In this document: positions 43,484-52,074 of the stretch, one piece after another
Layout of the letters: each line of letters begins with the position of its first letter
Numbering within the stretch: position 1 is the stretch's first letter
Origin: Chloroflexota bacterium
Lineage (GTDB): Bacteria > Chloroflexota > Anaerolineae > Aggregatilineales > J027
Direction of reading: 5' to 3'
Length of the DNA: 64,000 nucleotides
Assembly (NCBI GenBank): GCA_016234595.1
Contig: JACRBG010000047.1
Span: 1,269-65,268 of the forward strand
The notes under the pieces: generated by a model
Seen by the model: the letters and a program-made list of their open reading frames with translations, nothing else
The model's database searches: none
Told to the model about the DNA's origin: nothing
Position numbers and translations under genes: made by a program

Positions 43484-44275
43484 ATGGGTGATTTTTTCTT
43501 CTTTGTTGAGAGTGTGGCGGTTGGCCTCTATGTCTTTACCGCACTGGGACTATTGTGGAGCTTCCGTAATTTTTTACGGGCACGGCATGAACTGCGTGAA
43601 TCGCAATTCCGGCTGGAACGTGAACAGGCTCAACAACGTGGCGGCAAGGCCTTGACCGTTGTTTTTTTGAGTTTGAATATTTTGGTCATGGTTTGGGGCA
43701 CAGCCAATATGGCGGCTCCCACATGGCGTGAGGGTCTGCCGCCAACCTTAGACCCTAATTTTGCCCGTAACCGCGCCTATCAAACGAGTACGGCTGAAAA
43801 CAGCGGCGGTTTCCAATTGACCCCTAGAACCGATGCGAACGGTGATGTCATCCCCATTACAGCCCCGCCACCTAGCACACCCAAAGGCACAATTTTGCCC
43901 AGTAATCCGCGTGAAGGCTGTATCCGCGATCAGGCATGGATTGATTTTCCTGATAATGGGCAGGTTGTGTTTGATGTCATTCCAATACGTGGCACGGCTA
44001 ATATTCAGGACTTTGCCTTCTATCGTTTTGAGATTCGACCTGATACAGGGTCGTCGGATGCCATGTTTAGTACCATTGGTGGAGCACAAGGCGACTACGT
44101 ACAGGCCGTAGTTGATGGGGAACTGGGCCAACTGGTGCCCTTGAATTATCTGCCGGGAAATTATCGCTATCGCTTAGTGGTGTTTGACAGTACCAGTACC
44201 ATGCGGGCCAGTTGCGAAATTAGTATTATCATTAGTGACCCCATCCCAACCGCGACCCCGATTGGGGCGAATTGA
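43484..44275 (+). CDS. Hypothetical membrane-anchored protein with C-terminal beta-rich domain
   Basis: 263-aa ORF with GGGAG SD. Two N-terminal hydrophobic helices around a charged helix (RESQFRLEREQAQQRGG). No recognisable family. Confidence 0.6.
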   Translation: MGDFFFFVESVAVGLYVFTALGLLWSFRNFLRARHELRESQFRLEREQAQQRGGKALTVVFLSLNILVMVWGTANMAAPTWREGLPPTLDPNFARNRAYQTSTAENSGGFQLTPRTDANGDVIPITAPPPSTPKGTILPSNPREGCIRDQAWIDFPDNGQVVFDVIPIRGTANIQDFAFYRFEIRPDTGSSDAMFSTIGGAQGDYVQAVVDGELGQLVPLNYLPGNYRYRLVVFDSTSTMRASCEISIIISDPIPTATPIGAN

Positions 44276-44282
44276 GGTCGTC

Positions 44283-44678
44283 ATGCCACCACGTAAAAAA
44301 TCCTCACCCCTGCAAGAATTGCTGACCAGCGAAGCCCAAGATGCTAAATTATTAGCGGCTTTGTTGGTCAGCCCTGCTGATCAAGTAATCGCGTCTTATG
44401 TTATAGGTGGCTTAGATAAGGCGACCGCTGAAACCCCGTTGGTGACAACCCAGCGGATTTTCAGTCATGCCGAAAGCCGAGCACAGTTGGCCCAATTACA
44501 GGAAAGCGTTTTTTATGATTTAGACGGGCGGCGTTTAATTTGTCGGACTTTGATGCTACCCTCATTAGACGCCACCACCCCGCATTTGCTGATTGTCATG
44601 ACGACTGCCGAGCAAACCTATCGGCGCTCAGTGAATAAGCTGATTCGGGCGATTGAAAACGCGACAGGCAGTTTTTAG
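44283..44678 (+). CDS. Hypothetical 131-aa cytoplasmic protein (weak roadblock/LC7-like impression)
   Basis: Start re-set to ATG 44283 (GAGG 5 nt upstream). 3' end overlaps the convergent WYL gene by 4 nt. Confidence 0.5.
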   Translation: MPPRKKSSPLQELLTSEAQDAKLLAALLVSPADQVIASYVIGGLDKATAETPLVTTQRIFSHAESRAQLAQLQESVFYDLDGRRLICRTLMLPSLDATTPHLLIVMTTAEQTYRRSVNKLIRAIENATGSF

Positions 44679-45637
44679 TTTGCCAGACGGGTAATTTTTG
44701 CGGCGAGGCGATGTAAGACTGCTCGTAATTCAGGAGGGTGGCAAATCTGAAAATCGAACTCTAGGCCAACTAGAAAATGAGCGACCCACTCCAGTTTTTG
44801 AGTGTAAATAGTTAGACACACGCCATCCCCACAGGCCTCCATTAAGCCCCAGTAAGGCGGAATTTGCTGAGCGGCTTGTTCAATGGTAGTTGCTAAAAGG
44901 ACTTCCACGCGCCATGCTCCCGGTGCACTGGCGATACCTTTCATCACCTGCCCTACGCTGTCAAAATGGGCGGGAGGGATAAAGGTTTCGGTCAGAAGTT
45001 CCGCCTCAGTTATTCGATCCACCCGAAAAGTGCGTAAATCCTTACGCAGGTGACAATAGCCAATGGTATACCAGAGTCCGCCGTGCATCACCAAGCCATA
45101 CGCATCAAACTCCCGTGTTGAGATGTCGCCATTCCATGCTTTATAAGTGACTAGAAGACAGCGTTTTTGCTGAATCGCTTTGCTGAGTGTAATAATCATT
45201 TCGCTGGCTGGCGCAGCCTTGTGAATGTTCAAATGAATTAACAGGGCTTCTTGGACGGCTTGCACCTGTTCGCGTAGGGTATCGGGTAATACACGCTCAA
45301 TTTTGGCAAGTGCCCCTTCAATTGCAGGCGTCTCGATGGCTAAACCTAAACGCCGGGTGATGAGAAGCCCCAGCGTTAACCCCAATGCCTCCTCATCCGT
45401 AAACATCATCGGTGGCAGTTTGAAACCCGGACGCAGCCGATAAGCCCCATATCGTCCCCGCTCCCCTTCAATTGGAATGCCTAAATCTTGCAGCATGACG
45501 ACGTAGCGTCGCACTGTTCGCACATCCACCTCTAGCCGCTGGGCTAGTTCTGGCCCGCTAAGTTGAGGATGGGCTTGCAATAATTCCAAGACGGTCAGCA
45601 GGCGGGTAGTAGGGTGATACAACAGAAATGCCTCCAT
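44675..45637 (-). CDS. YafY-type transcriptional regulator (N-terminal HTH, WYL domain, C-terminal WCX-like domain)
   Basis: TRLLTVLELLQAHPQLSGPELAQRLEVDVRTVRRYVVMLQDLGIPIEGERGRYGAYRL. Central RCLLVTYKAWNGDISTREFDAYGLVMHGGLWYTIGYCHLRKDLRTFRVDRI is the WYL pattern. Confidence 0.85.
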   Translation of the reverse strand: MEAFLLYHPTTRLLTVLELLQAHPQLSGPELAQRLEVDVRTVRRYVVMLQDLGIPIEGERGRYGAYRLRPGFKLPPMMFTDEEALGLTLGLLITRRLGLAIETPAIEGALAKIERVLPDTLREQVQAVQEALLIHLNIHKAAPASEMIITLSKAIQQKRCLLVTYKAWNGDISTREFDAYGLVMHGGLWYTIGYCHLRKDLRTFRVDRITEAELLTETFIPPAHFDSVGQVMKGIASAPGAWRVEVLLATTIEQAAQQIPPYWGLMEACGDGVCLTIYTQKLEWVAHFLVGLEFDFQICHPPELRAVLHRLAAKITRLAN

Positions 45638-45714
45638 TTAAATTAGGGCCGATCATGTCCTCATTAGAGGATACGCTAAATTGTAGACGGTTGAAACCAT
45701 TATGAGGAGCACCC

Positions 45715-46563
45715 ATGAACGTCACTAAAGGTTTTGCTGAGGTCAAGAATTCCAAGCTGTACTATGAAATGGCTGGCGAGGGACATCCTCTTTTATTGGT
45801 ACACACGATGCTGACCAGTCACCGCTATTGGGACGAGCAATTCAGTGAATTTGCGAAACAGTACCGGGTTATTCGCTACGATGTGCGCGGCTTCGGCCAG
45901 TCCAAAATCTCAAAGGAAGCCTTCTCTGATACCCAAGATATTGTCCAATTGCTCAACTTTCTCGGCATCGAAAAAACCTATCTCTTGGGGCTTTCGATGG
46001 GTGGTGAAATTGCCATGCAATTTGTGCTGGAACAGCCTGAACGGGTAGATGCTCTCGTGATGAGTGGGGTAGGTTTGGAAGGCTATGAGTATTCGATAGA
46101 GGGCACACAGGAATTTGAACCGAAGTGGATGGCTTTTATCGAGCACATTCAAAAACATGATTTTGCTGGAGCACGGGAACGATTCATTGAATTTGCGGTG
46201 GATAGCCCAGCGGGGCGGGCGGATGAAAAGGTTCGGGACAGAGCACGGGCGCTTATGCAGGACTATACTTTTCCACACTTTTTTCTGCCAGATGAGGTGG
46301 TTGCTGCGGCAGAGGCTGCGTCCGCTGAATCAGAGGTAACCCATGTGCCAGCTATTCAGCGCCTCAAGGAAATTCAAGTTCCTACGCTGGTCATGGCAGG
46401 GGGCTATGAACCAAAGGATATGCAGAATATTGTGGATGTGCTGGTTCGGGACATTCCTCATGCCAAAAAAGCTGTAATTCCAAAGGCGGGACATTTTGTC
46501 AGTCTTGAAAAACCAGCCGAATTTAACCGCGCCGTCTTGGATTTTTTAGCCGATTTAGGATAG
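45715..46563 (+). CDS. Alpha/beta-fold hydrolase
   Basis: HPLLLVHT (oxyanion region), nucleophile elbow GLSMGG, C-terminal AGHFVSLEKP (His). GAGGAG SD. Confidence 0.85.
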   Translation: MNVTKGFAEVKNSKLYYEMAGEGHPLLLVHTMLTSHRYWDEQFSEFAKQYRVIRYDVRGFGQSKISKEAFSDTQDIVQLLNFLGIEKTYLLGLSMGGEIAMQFVLEQPERVDALVMSGVGLEGYEYSIEGTQEFEPKWMAFIEHIQKHDFAGARERFIEFAVDSPAGRADEKVRDRARALMQDYTFPHFFLPDEVVAAAEAASAESEVTHVPAIQRLKEIQVPTLVMAGGYEPKDMQNIVDVLVRDIPHAKKAVIPKAGHFVSLEKPAEFNRAVLDFLADLG

Positions 46564-46568
46564 GGCCT

Positions 46569-47150
46569 ATGTCTGAATCATTTGGGTTTAAACTGGAATT
46601 TTACCCTGTCACTGCCGAACGATGGCCCGATTTTGAGGCCCTATTTGGTGAAAAAGGCGGTTCTGCAGGGTGTTGGTGTATGTTCTGGCGACTGGATCGA
46701 GCGGAATTTAAGGCCCAAAAGTATGATGGCAATAAAGATACGGCTCGGCATCGCATCTATTCTGGCGAAACACTGGGTTTGTTGGGTTATGCGGACGGGC
46801 AGGTCGCAGCATGGTGCTCCGTTGGGCCGCGTGAAAACTATAAGGCATTGGAAAAATCCCGTATTCTCAAACGGGTAGATGAACAGCCAGTTTGGTCAAT
46901 TGTCTGTTTCTTGGTGGCAAAACCATTTCGCCGCAAAGGGATAATGCGCCCGTTGCTGCAAGGCGCAGTTACCTATGCTAAGTCGCAAGGAGCATCTATT
47001 GTCGAGGGGTATCCGATTGATCTCAAAGTTGAATTTGAAACGCCGGGGGGGTATATGGGAGTGGCCTCGGCGTTTCGAGATGTTGGTTTTGTCGAAGTGG
47101 GACGCGCCTCTGAGACGCAACTGATTATGCGCTATCACATTACGCCATGA
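46569..47150 (+). CDS. GNAT-family N-acetyltransferase
   Basis: GCWCMFWR, VAKPFRRKGIMRPLL (acetyl-CoA-binding R/Q-x-x-G-x-G/A-like motif). 5-nt gap after the hydrolase gene. Confidence 0.72.
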   Translation: MSESFGFKLEFYPVTAERWPDFEALFGEKGGSAGCWCMFWRLDRAEFKAQKYDGNKDTARHRIYSGETLGLLGYADGQVAAWCSVGPRENYKALEKSRILKRVDEQPVWSIVCFLVAKPFRRKGIMRPLLQGAVTYAKSQGASIVEGYPIDLKVEFETPGGYMGVASAFRDVGFVEVGRASETQLIMRYHITP

Positions 47151-47153
47151 GCA

Positions 47154-48515
47154 TTATTCCAAGCCAGCCAGACGTTTTTCAGCCGCATACTGTTCGGGCG
47201 TATCAATGTCGCGCAGGATGCTGTCATTTTCGACCGCAAAGGTATAGACCGGATTGCGATTGATGGCGTCGCGCGGGGCACTCCCGACGGGGAGGTTGAG
47301 AATATCGGGCCAGTGGCGGCGCTGAATCAAAATTGGGTGGCCGCGCTGGCCGCGATAACTTGGCGCGATGATAGACCCCTTGCCCTCCGCATGGAAATTC
47401 AAAATTTGGCGGATAATTTTGGCGCGTAATTGTGGTTGATCGCCCAATAGCACCAAACAGGCGTCAATATTGTCGCTCATGGCTTGCAGACCTACTTGCA
47501 GAGAGGAGAGCATCTCGCCCTCTTTGAATTTCGGATTAAATGTGGTTTTGACCGAGGTATTCCGCAAAACATGGGTGACTTCGCCAGACTTGTGACCCGT
47601 TACCACTACAATTTCGGGCAGGCGGAACGGCACGAGGGTATTCACAATCGTTTCAATGACAGTATGCCGTCCCCATTTAAGCAGGGCTTTGGGTTGACCC
47701 CCCATCCGTGAAGATAGACCCGCCGCTAGAACGATGACCCCAACCCGCCGTTGGACTTCAAAGACGGGATTTTTGGCGTGCATGGCCCCAATGGCTACGG
47801 CACTGATTTTGGGTGAGGCAAGGATGATTTGGGCAATCCGCCGAGCGCGACCCCGGCCTAAACCATTGCCAGCTTTGTTGAGTAGGGCCACAACACGTGC
47901 AGTAGCGGGTAGGTCTTTGAGGCCCAATTGCTCATCGCGCACGATTTGGGCTAACCACGCCGGCTGGATGGGTTCACCGGGGGGGAATCCATACCGTTCA
48001 ATAATGGGTTCGGGATTATAGACCGTCGTTTCATCAAATGGCCGACCCAGCGCATCTAGGCCTGCGACGGGGACAAGCAGCGTCGTGTCGTGCGGGATAA
48101 CGGGTTCGTGAAGTCGTGGTGCTTTGAGGGGCAGTCGGCGTGATCCATCGGCCTCAACCAACAAAATATCGGCATTCATTTCATCCACCAAGCGCGAAAT
48201 AGACTCACTTGGCAGACCGATGACCTTATCGCCACGAATTTCTTGATATACAAACACTAATCGTTTGGAATCGAGGAGGGTCGCAAGTTCACGTTTGCCC
48301 TGCAATAAATTGGATTGCCAACGGGTGGCTTGTGGAAATTGCTCCAATTCCTCAACTGCGATACGGGTGGTCGTGGTGGCTAAGACCCGCCAGCCTTCGG
48401 TCGCCAATTCGCGGCCCAAACGTACCATTGCCGAGGTCTTACCCCCCGCACCAGTGAACGCCACGACATCCCCGCGCTGAACATTGAGCGCCTCATGTAA
48501 ACGCATCCGCTTCAT
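47154..48515 (-). CDS. yqeC: Fusion of YqeC-family selenium-cofactor accessory protein (N-terminal) and MobA/MocA-like molybdenum cofactor nucleotidyltransferase (C-terminal)
   Basis: N-terminus VVAFTGAGGKTSAMVRLGREL...VLATTTTRI...LLVEADGS (YqeC pattern). C-terminus VGVIVLAAGLSSRMGGQPKALL...LVLLGDQP...GHPILI (MobA-like NTP transferase). Confidence 0.78.
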   Translation of the reverse strand: MKRMRLHEALNVQRGDVVAFTGAGGKTSAMVRLGRELATEGWRVLATTTTRIAVEELEQFPQATRWQSNLLQGKRELATLLDSKRLVFVYQEIRGDKVIGLPSESISRLVDEMNADILLVEADGSRRLPLKAPRLHEPVIPHDTTLLVPVAGLDALGRPFDETTVYNPEPIIERYGFPPGEPIQPAWLAQIVRDEQLGLKDLPATARVVALLNKAGNGLGRGRARRIAQIILASPKISAVAIGAMHAKNPVFEVQRRVGVIVLAAGLSSRMGGQPKALLKWGRHTVIETIVNTLVPFRLPEIVVVTGHKSGEVTHVLRNTSVKTTFNPKFKEGEMLSSLQVGLQAMSDNIDACLVLLGDQPQLRAKIIRQILNFHAEGKGSIIAPSYRGQRGHPILIQRRHWPDILNLPVGSAPRDAINRNPVYTFAVENDSILRDIDTPEQYAAEKRLAGLE

Positions 48516-49359
48516 CCCTTACCCGGTTTTGTTTGTGCAGTGGCAAGATGCCCCGGCTGAGGATGGCCTCTAATACACCGCCCCCGATTGCCAGTGCCTT
48601 ATCTGAAATAGTGAAGCAATGTTCACGGACACCACGCGGGTCTAGATCACCCACCTTGAGACCAGCCCATACGTCCACACTTTCGTGGATTAGGCCGCGC
48701 AGCATACCATCAAATGGGGCGATCATTGGTTCGCCTTCGACGGTCGCGATAACCGCATCTTTTTCAACCGAGTCACCGATCGCGGCGCGAGGTTGGACAT
48801 GACCAGCGCGCGGTGCACGCAGCACTCGTTGGCTATCCACACCTCCAATAGTGCCGGGGATACCTGTGTTGGCAATCGCGCTACCCTGCCATATTACCCG
48901 ACCAAGCCAGTGTCCTCGATGCGTTTCAACAATCGCATGGCAATCTTGAGCTGTGGTAAAGCCGGGGCCAAGCGCTATGACGAATTCGGCATCATCGAGC
49001 GTAGTATCAATATTACGCTTCGCCAGTCGTGCATCAACCACGACCTGCGTGTTTATATTGCGCCATGTCCCATCTATGTCCACTAGAATGGGGATTTCAC
49101 CACCGCGCATGGCTAACCATACGGCTGAGTCAGCATTGATAACCCGCGAAGTAATGCCTTCGACTTGATAGATACCCTCCGGCTCAAAAATCGCACTGCC
49201 ATACGAAACTGTGCGCCGCACCAACAACGGGGTTGGCAAGTCCACCATGATGACAGGGTAGCCTGCATGGTATAAGCGAAAAGCGACCCCAGAACCGAGG
49301 TCGCCCGCGCCGCGAATGAGGACAATGGGCAGTGGGTCAGACGATGACACCGAGTCCAT
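48493..49359 (-). CDS. yqeB: YqeB / EF2563-family selenium-dependent molybdenum hydroxylase system protein
   Basis: IVLIRGAGDLGSGVAFRLYHAGYPVIMVDLPTPLLVRRTVSYGSAIFE matches my recollection of the family N-terminus. 23-nt overlaps with both neighbours. Needs HMM confirmation. Confidence 0.65.
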   Translation of the reverse strand: MDSVSSSDPLPIVLIRGAGDLGSGVAFRLYHAGYPVIMVDLPTPLLVRRTVSYGSAIFEPEGIYQVEGITSRVINADSAVWLAMRGGEIPILVDIDGTWRNINTQVVVDARLAKRNIDTTLDDAEFVIALGPGFTTAQDCHAIVETHRGHWLGRVIWQGSAIANTGIPGTIGGVDSQRVLRAPRAGHVQPRAAIGDSVEKDAVIATVEGEPMIAPFDGMLRGLIHESVDVWAGLKVGDLDPRGVREHCFTISDKALAIGGGVLEAILSRGILPLHKQNRVRDEADAFT

Positions 49360-51568
49360 TCTTGCGTAATCCTTCTACTATCCGATCAGGGGTAAGCGGC
49401 AGATGGTCGAACCAAATGCCAGTAGCGTCGTGAATCGCAGCAGCGATAGCTGGGGCCAGTGGGATAAATGGCATTTCGGCCATTCCACGCGCCCCCCATG
49501 GGCCAATAGGGACGGGATTTTCGAGCAAGACCGATTTGACTTCCACCGGAACATCATAGACAGTGGGGATGAGATAGGTGGACAGGAAAGGATTGAGAAT
49601 GCGCCCCTCTTTGCTTACCAAATGCTCCATGAGGGCATACCCTTGGGCTTGAACAACGGCTCCTTCAACCTGCCCCTCGACCAATGTACGATTAAGCACC
49701 TTGCCGACGTCATTGGCACAGGTCACCCGTACCAAGTTGACTAGACCCGTTTCTAAATCCACCTCGACCTCGGCGACTTCGGCCACATAGCCATAGGCAA
49801 AATTGGGTGTGCCATAACCTGTTTCTTGATCGAGGGTGGTGGTGGCGGGAGGGCGGTATTGATAGGTGGCAATAGCGGGTCGTTCTTCATCTTGCCATTT
49901 TTTGAGTGCTATCTCTGCTGCACCGCGAATGGCGTTCCCGGTCATGAAGGTCATGCGGGAAGCGGATGAACTGCCAGAGGTTTGGGTTTCGGCGGTGTCG
50001 TGCGAAATCAGATGTACCTTTTCAACTGGAACGCCAACTGCCTCGGCTGCCATTTGGACAAAAATGGTGTGGGCCCCTTGTCCGACATCCGCCCCAGCGG
50101 CCCGCACAATGACCTCTTCAATCAGGCCATTGCCCCGCAGTTCAATGGTGGCCCAATTTTGTTCGGGTGCGCCAAAACTGTACCCAATATTCTTGAACCC
50201 ACAGGCAAACCCAATCCCACGTCGCTTGTAAGACTCGCGTGGTTGTTGAGTAACGGATTTTTGCCAACCATGCCTATCTTGTGTCCAAGTGCCGCTTTCA
50301 ACAGCCCCAGCTTCAATCGTTTGTTGAATGGTGACACCGGGCGGTGGCGGTGTGCCTGTGGTCATGGTGCTGCCTTCATGAATGACATTGCGCAGCCGAA
50401 ATTCAACCGGGTCAAGTCCGAGGGCTTCCGCTAATCGGTTCATCATGCCTTCAGCGGCGAATGCCCCTTGGGGCCCACCAAAACCGCGAAACGCCCCCGT
50501 CATGATGTTATTGGTGTACACGCCATAGGTATCCACCTGAACATTAGGGATTTCATAAGGGCCGGTCACCATTAAATGGGCATTCCCCATCACCTTATTG
50601 GTGGTGTAGTTGTATCCCCCCGCGTCCCCAATGACGGTGGCTTCGGCAGCGACCAATTTGCCGTCACGGGTCGCACCCCATTTGGCCTGAATCTTGATGG
50701 GATGGCGTTTGTGGTGATAGAGGATAGATTCTTCCCGACTCCAAATAGTTTTGACCGGACGGCCCAATTTTAATGCTGCCAAGGCAAGGACGATTTGCAC
50801 ACTCATGTCCTCGCGTCCGCCAAACGCGCCGCCGATAGCTGGGTAAATCACCCGTACTTGGTCGGGGGGCAGATTGAGTGCATGATAGATTTGTTCTTGA
50901 TCTTCATGCACCCATTGACCTGCCACCACGACGGTGACCCGGCCTTGTTCATCCAGATAGCCAAGACCTGCTTCGGGTTGTAGATAGGCGTGTTCTTGAT
51001 AGCTAGTCGAAAACTCACCCTCTACAATTACATCGGATTTGGCCCACGCTTCGGTCATATCGCCCATGCGGATTTTGTAATGCACGATGATGTTATTGGG
51101 CTTATCCAGATGTAATTGAGGCGCGCCATCTTGCATAGCTGCTTCAGGGTCAAAAACCGCAGGGAGGTCTTGATATTCAACATTGATGAGTTGAGCAGCG
51201 GCGGCAGCGTTTTCTTCGGCGTCTGCAACCACAACAGCGACCACATCAGCCAAACAACGCACGACATCTGCGCCGGGGATAGTGCTGCCGGGGCCACAGA
51301 TGACGGGCTGGTCTTTCATCGTCAAGCCATATTCATTGACAGGCACATCACGGGCTGTAAAGATTCTGACAACGCCGGGATAAGCCTCGGCCTTGTGCGT
51401 GTCAATTGAAACCACCCGCGCATGGACACGATCCGAAAACCGGATTTTCATCCATAGCTGACCATCCATATTAAAATCGCTCGGATAAGGGGTTTGGCCT
51501 GTCACTTTACCGAACGCATCAATTCGTTTCATACTTACGCCAATGGCAGGTGTTTGATTGTCAGACAC
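49337..51568 (-). CDS. Xanthine dehydrogenase-family molybdopterin-binding large subunit
   Basis: RIDAFGKVTGQTPYPSD (a/b hammerhead), AIGGAFGGRED, GDAGGYN, FRGFGGPQGAFAAE, QGAHTIFVQMAAE, GSSSASRMT, MEHL. GTG start at 51568, alternative ATG at 51532. Confidence 0.92.
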   Translation of the reverse strand: MSDNQTPAIGVSMKRIDAFGKVTGQTPYPSDFNMDGQLWMKIRFSDRVHARVVSIDTHKAEAYPGVVRIFTARDVPVNEYGLTMKDQPVICGPGSTIPGADVVRCLADVVAVVVADAEENAAAAAQLINVEYQDLPAVFDPEAAMQDGAPQLHLDKPNNIIVHYKIRMGDMTEAWAKSDVIVEGEFSTSYQEHAYLQPEAGLGYLDEQGRVTVVVAGQWVHEDQEQIYHALNLPPDQVRVIYPAIGGAFGGREDMSVQIVLALAALKLGRPVKTIWSREESILYHHKRHPIKIQAKWGATRDGKLVAAEATVIGDAGGYNYTTNKVMGNAHLMVTGPYEIPNVQVDTYGVYTNNIMTGAFRGFGGPQGAFAAEGMMNRLAEALGLDPVEFRLRNVIHEGSTMTTGTPPPPGVTIQQTIEAGAVESGTWTQDRHGWQKSVTQQPRESYKRRGIGFACGFKNIGYSFGAPEQNWATIELRGNGLIEEVIVRAAGADVGQGAHTIFVQMAAEAVGVPVEKVHLISHDTAETQTSGSSSASRMTFMTGNAIRGAAEIALKKWQDEERPAIATYQYRPPATTTLDQETGYGTPNFAYGYVAEVAEVEVDLETGLVNLVRVTCANDVGKVLNRTLVEGQVEGAVVQAQGYALMEHLVSKEGRILNPFLSTYLIPTVYDVPVEVKSVLLENPVPIGPWGARGMAEMPFIPLAPAIAAAIHDATGIWFDHLPLTPDRIVEGLRKNGLGVIV

Positions 51569-51594
51569 GATTCTCTGCTTTCAACAAAATGTGA

Positions 51595-52074
51595 TTAACC
51601 CTGACCACGCTTCCGCATTTCGCGGTCTTGAATCTCTTTGAGTTTCTTGACCTCTTTGATTTTTTTCTGGCGAATCTTGTCCCGTTTTTTCTCATATTTG
51701 CGAATCGCTTTGGGGTCGTTTTTGGTTGGGGGCAGAACAGCCTCTTCTTTACTCGCAAAGTCTCCACCGAGGGCCGTTGCAACAATCATGCCGGAAATGC
51801 CCAATAAAATAATCCCCAAAAACCCCGCTATAGCCAAGTCAAGACGACTGTAGCTGTTACCAGCAAATTCTAATACCTCATTTTGCTTTAGTTCAGTTTC
51901 GGCAACACGCTGGTTGAATTTTTCATTTTTATCTTTGGCAGTCTCCACGATTAGCGGGGCCGCCAAAAATGAAATCACCGAGATCGAGATGACTAATACA
52001 AGGGCGATAATGGGTACAAGACGACTGCGTTTTTTAAGTTTTTCCTTCTCAGCTTCACGGCGGGCAACACTCAT
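51595..52074 (-). CDS. Hypothetical two-TM membrane protein with Lys/Glu-rich termini, embedded in the Mo-hydroxylase operon
   Basis: ATGA overlap with the upstream FAD/FeS gene and 26-nt gap to the large-subunit gene. TMs LVPIIALVLVISISVISFLAAPLIV and LAIAGFLGIILLGISGMIVATAL. C-terminus KKRDKIRQKKIKEVKKLKEIQDREMRKRG. Confidence 0.6.
   Translation of the reverse strand: MSVARREAEKEKLKKRSRLVPIIALVLVISISVISFLAAPLIVETAKDKNEKFNQRVAETELKQNEVLEFAGNSYSRLDLAIAGFLGIILLGISGMIVATALGGDFASKEEAVLPPTKNDPKAIRKYEKKRDKIRQKKIKEVKKLKEIQDREMRKRGQG

Noticed and set aside
43470-43655. 61-aa ORF 43470..43655 immediately after the PNP gene
   Set aside because: It overlaps, out of frame, the better-supported 263-aa ORF starting at 43484, which has a GGGAG SD and predicted TM helices.
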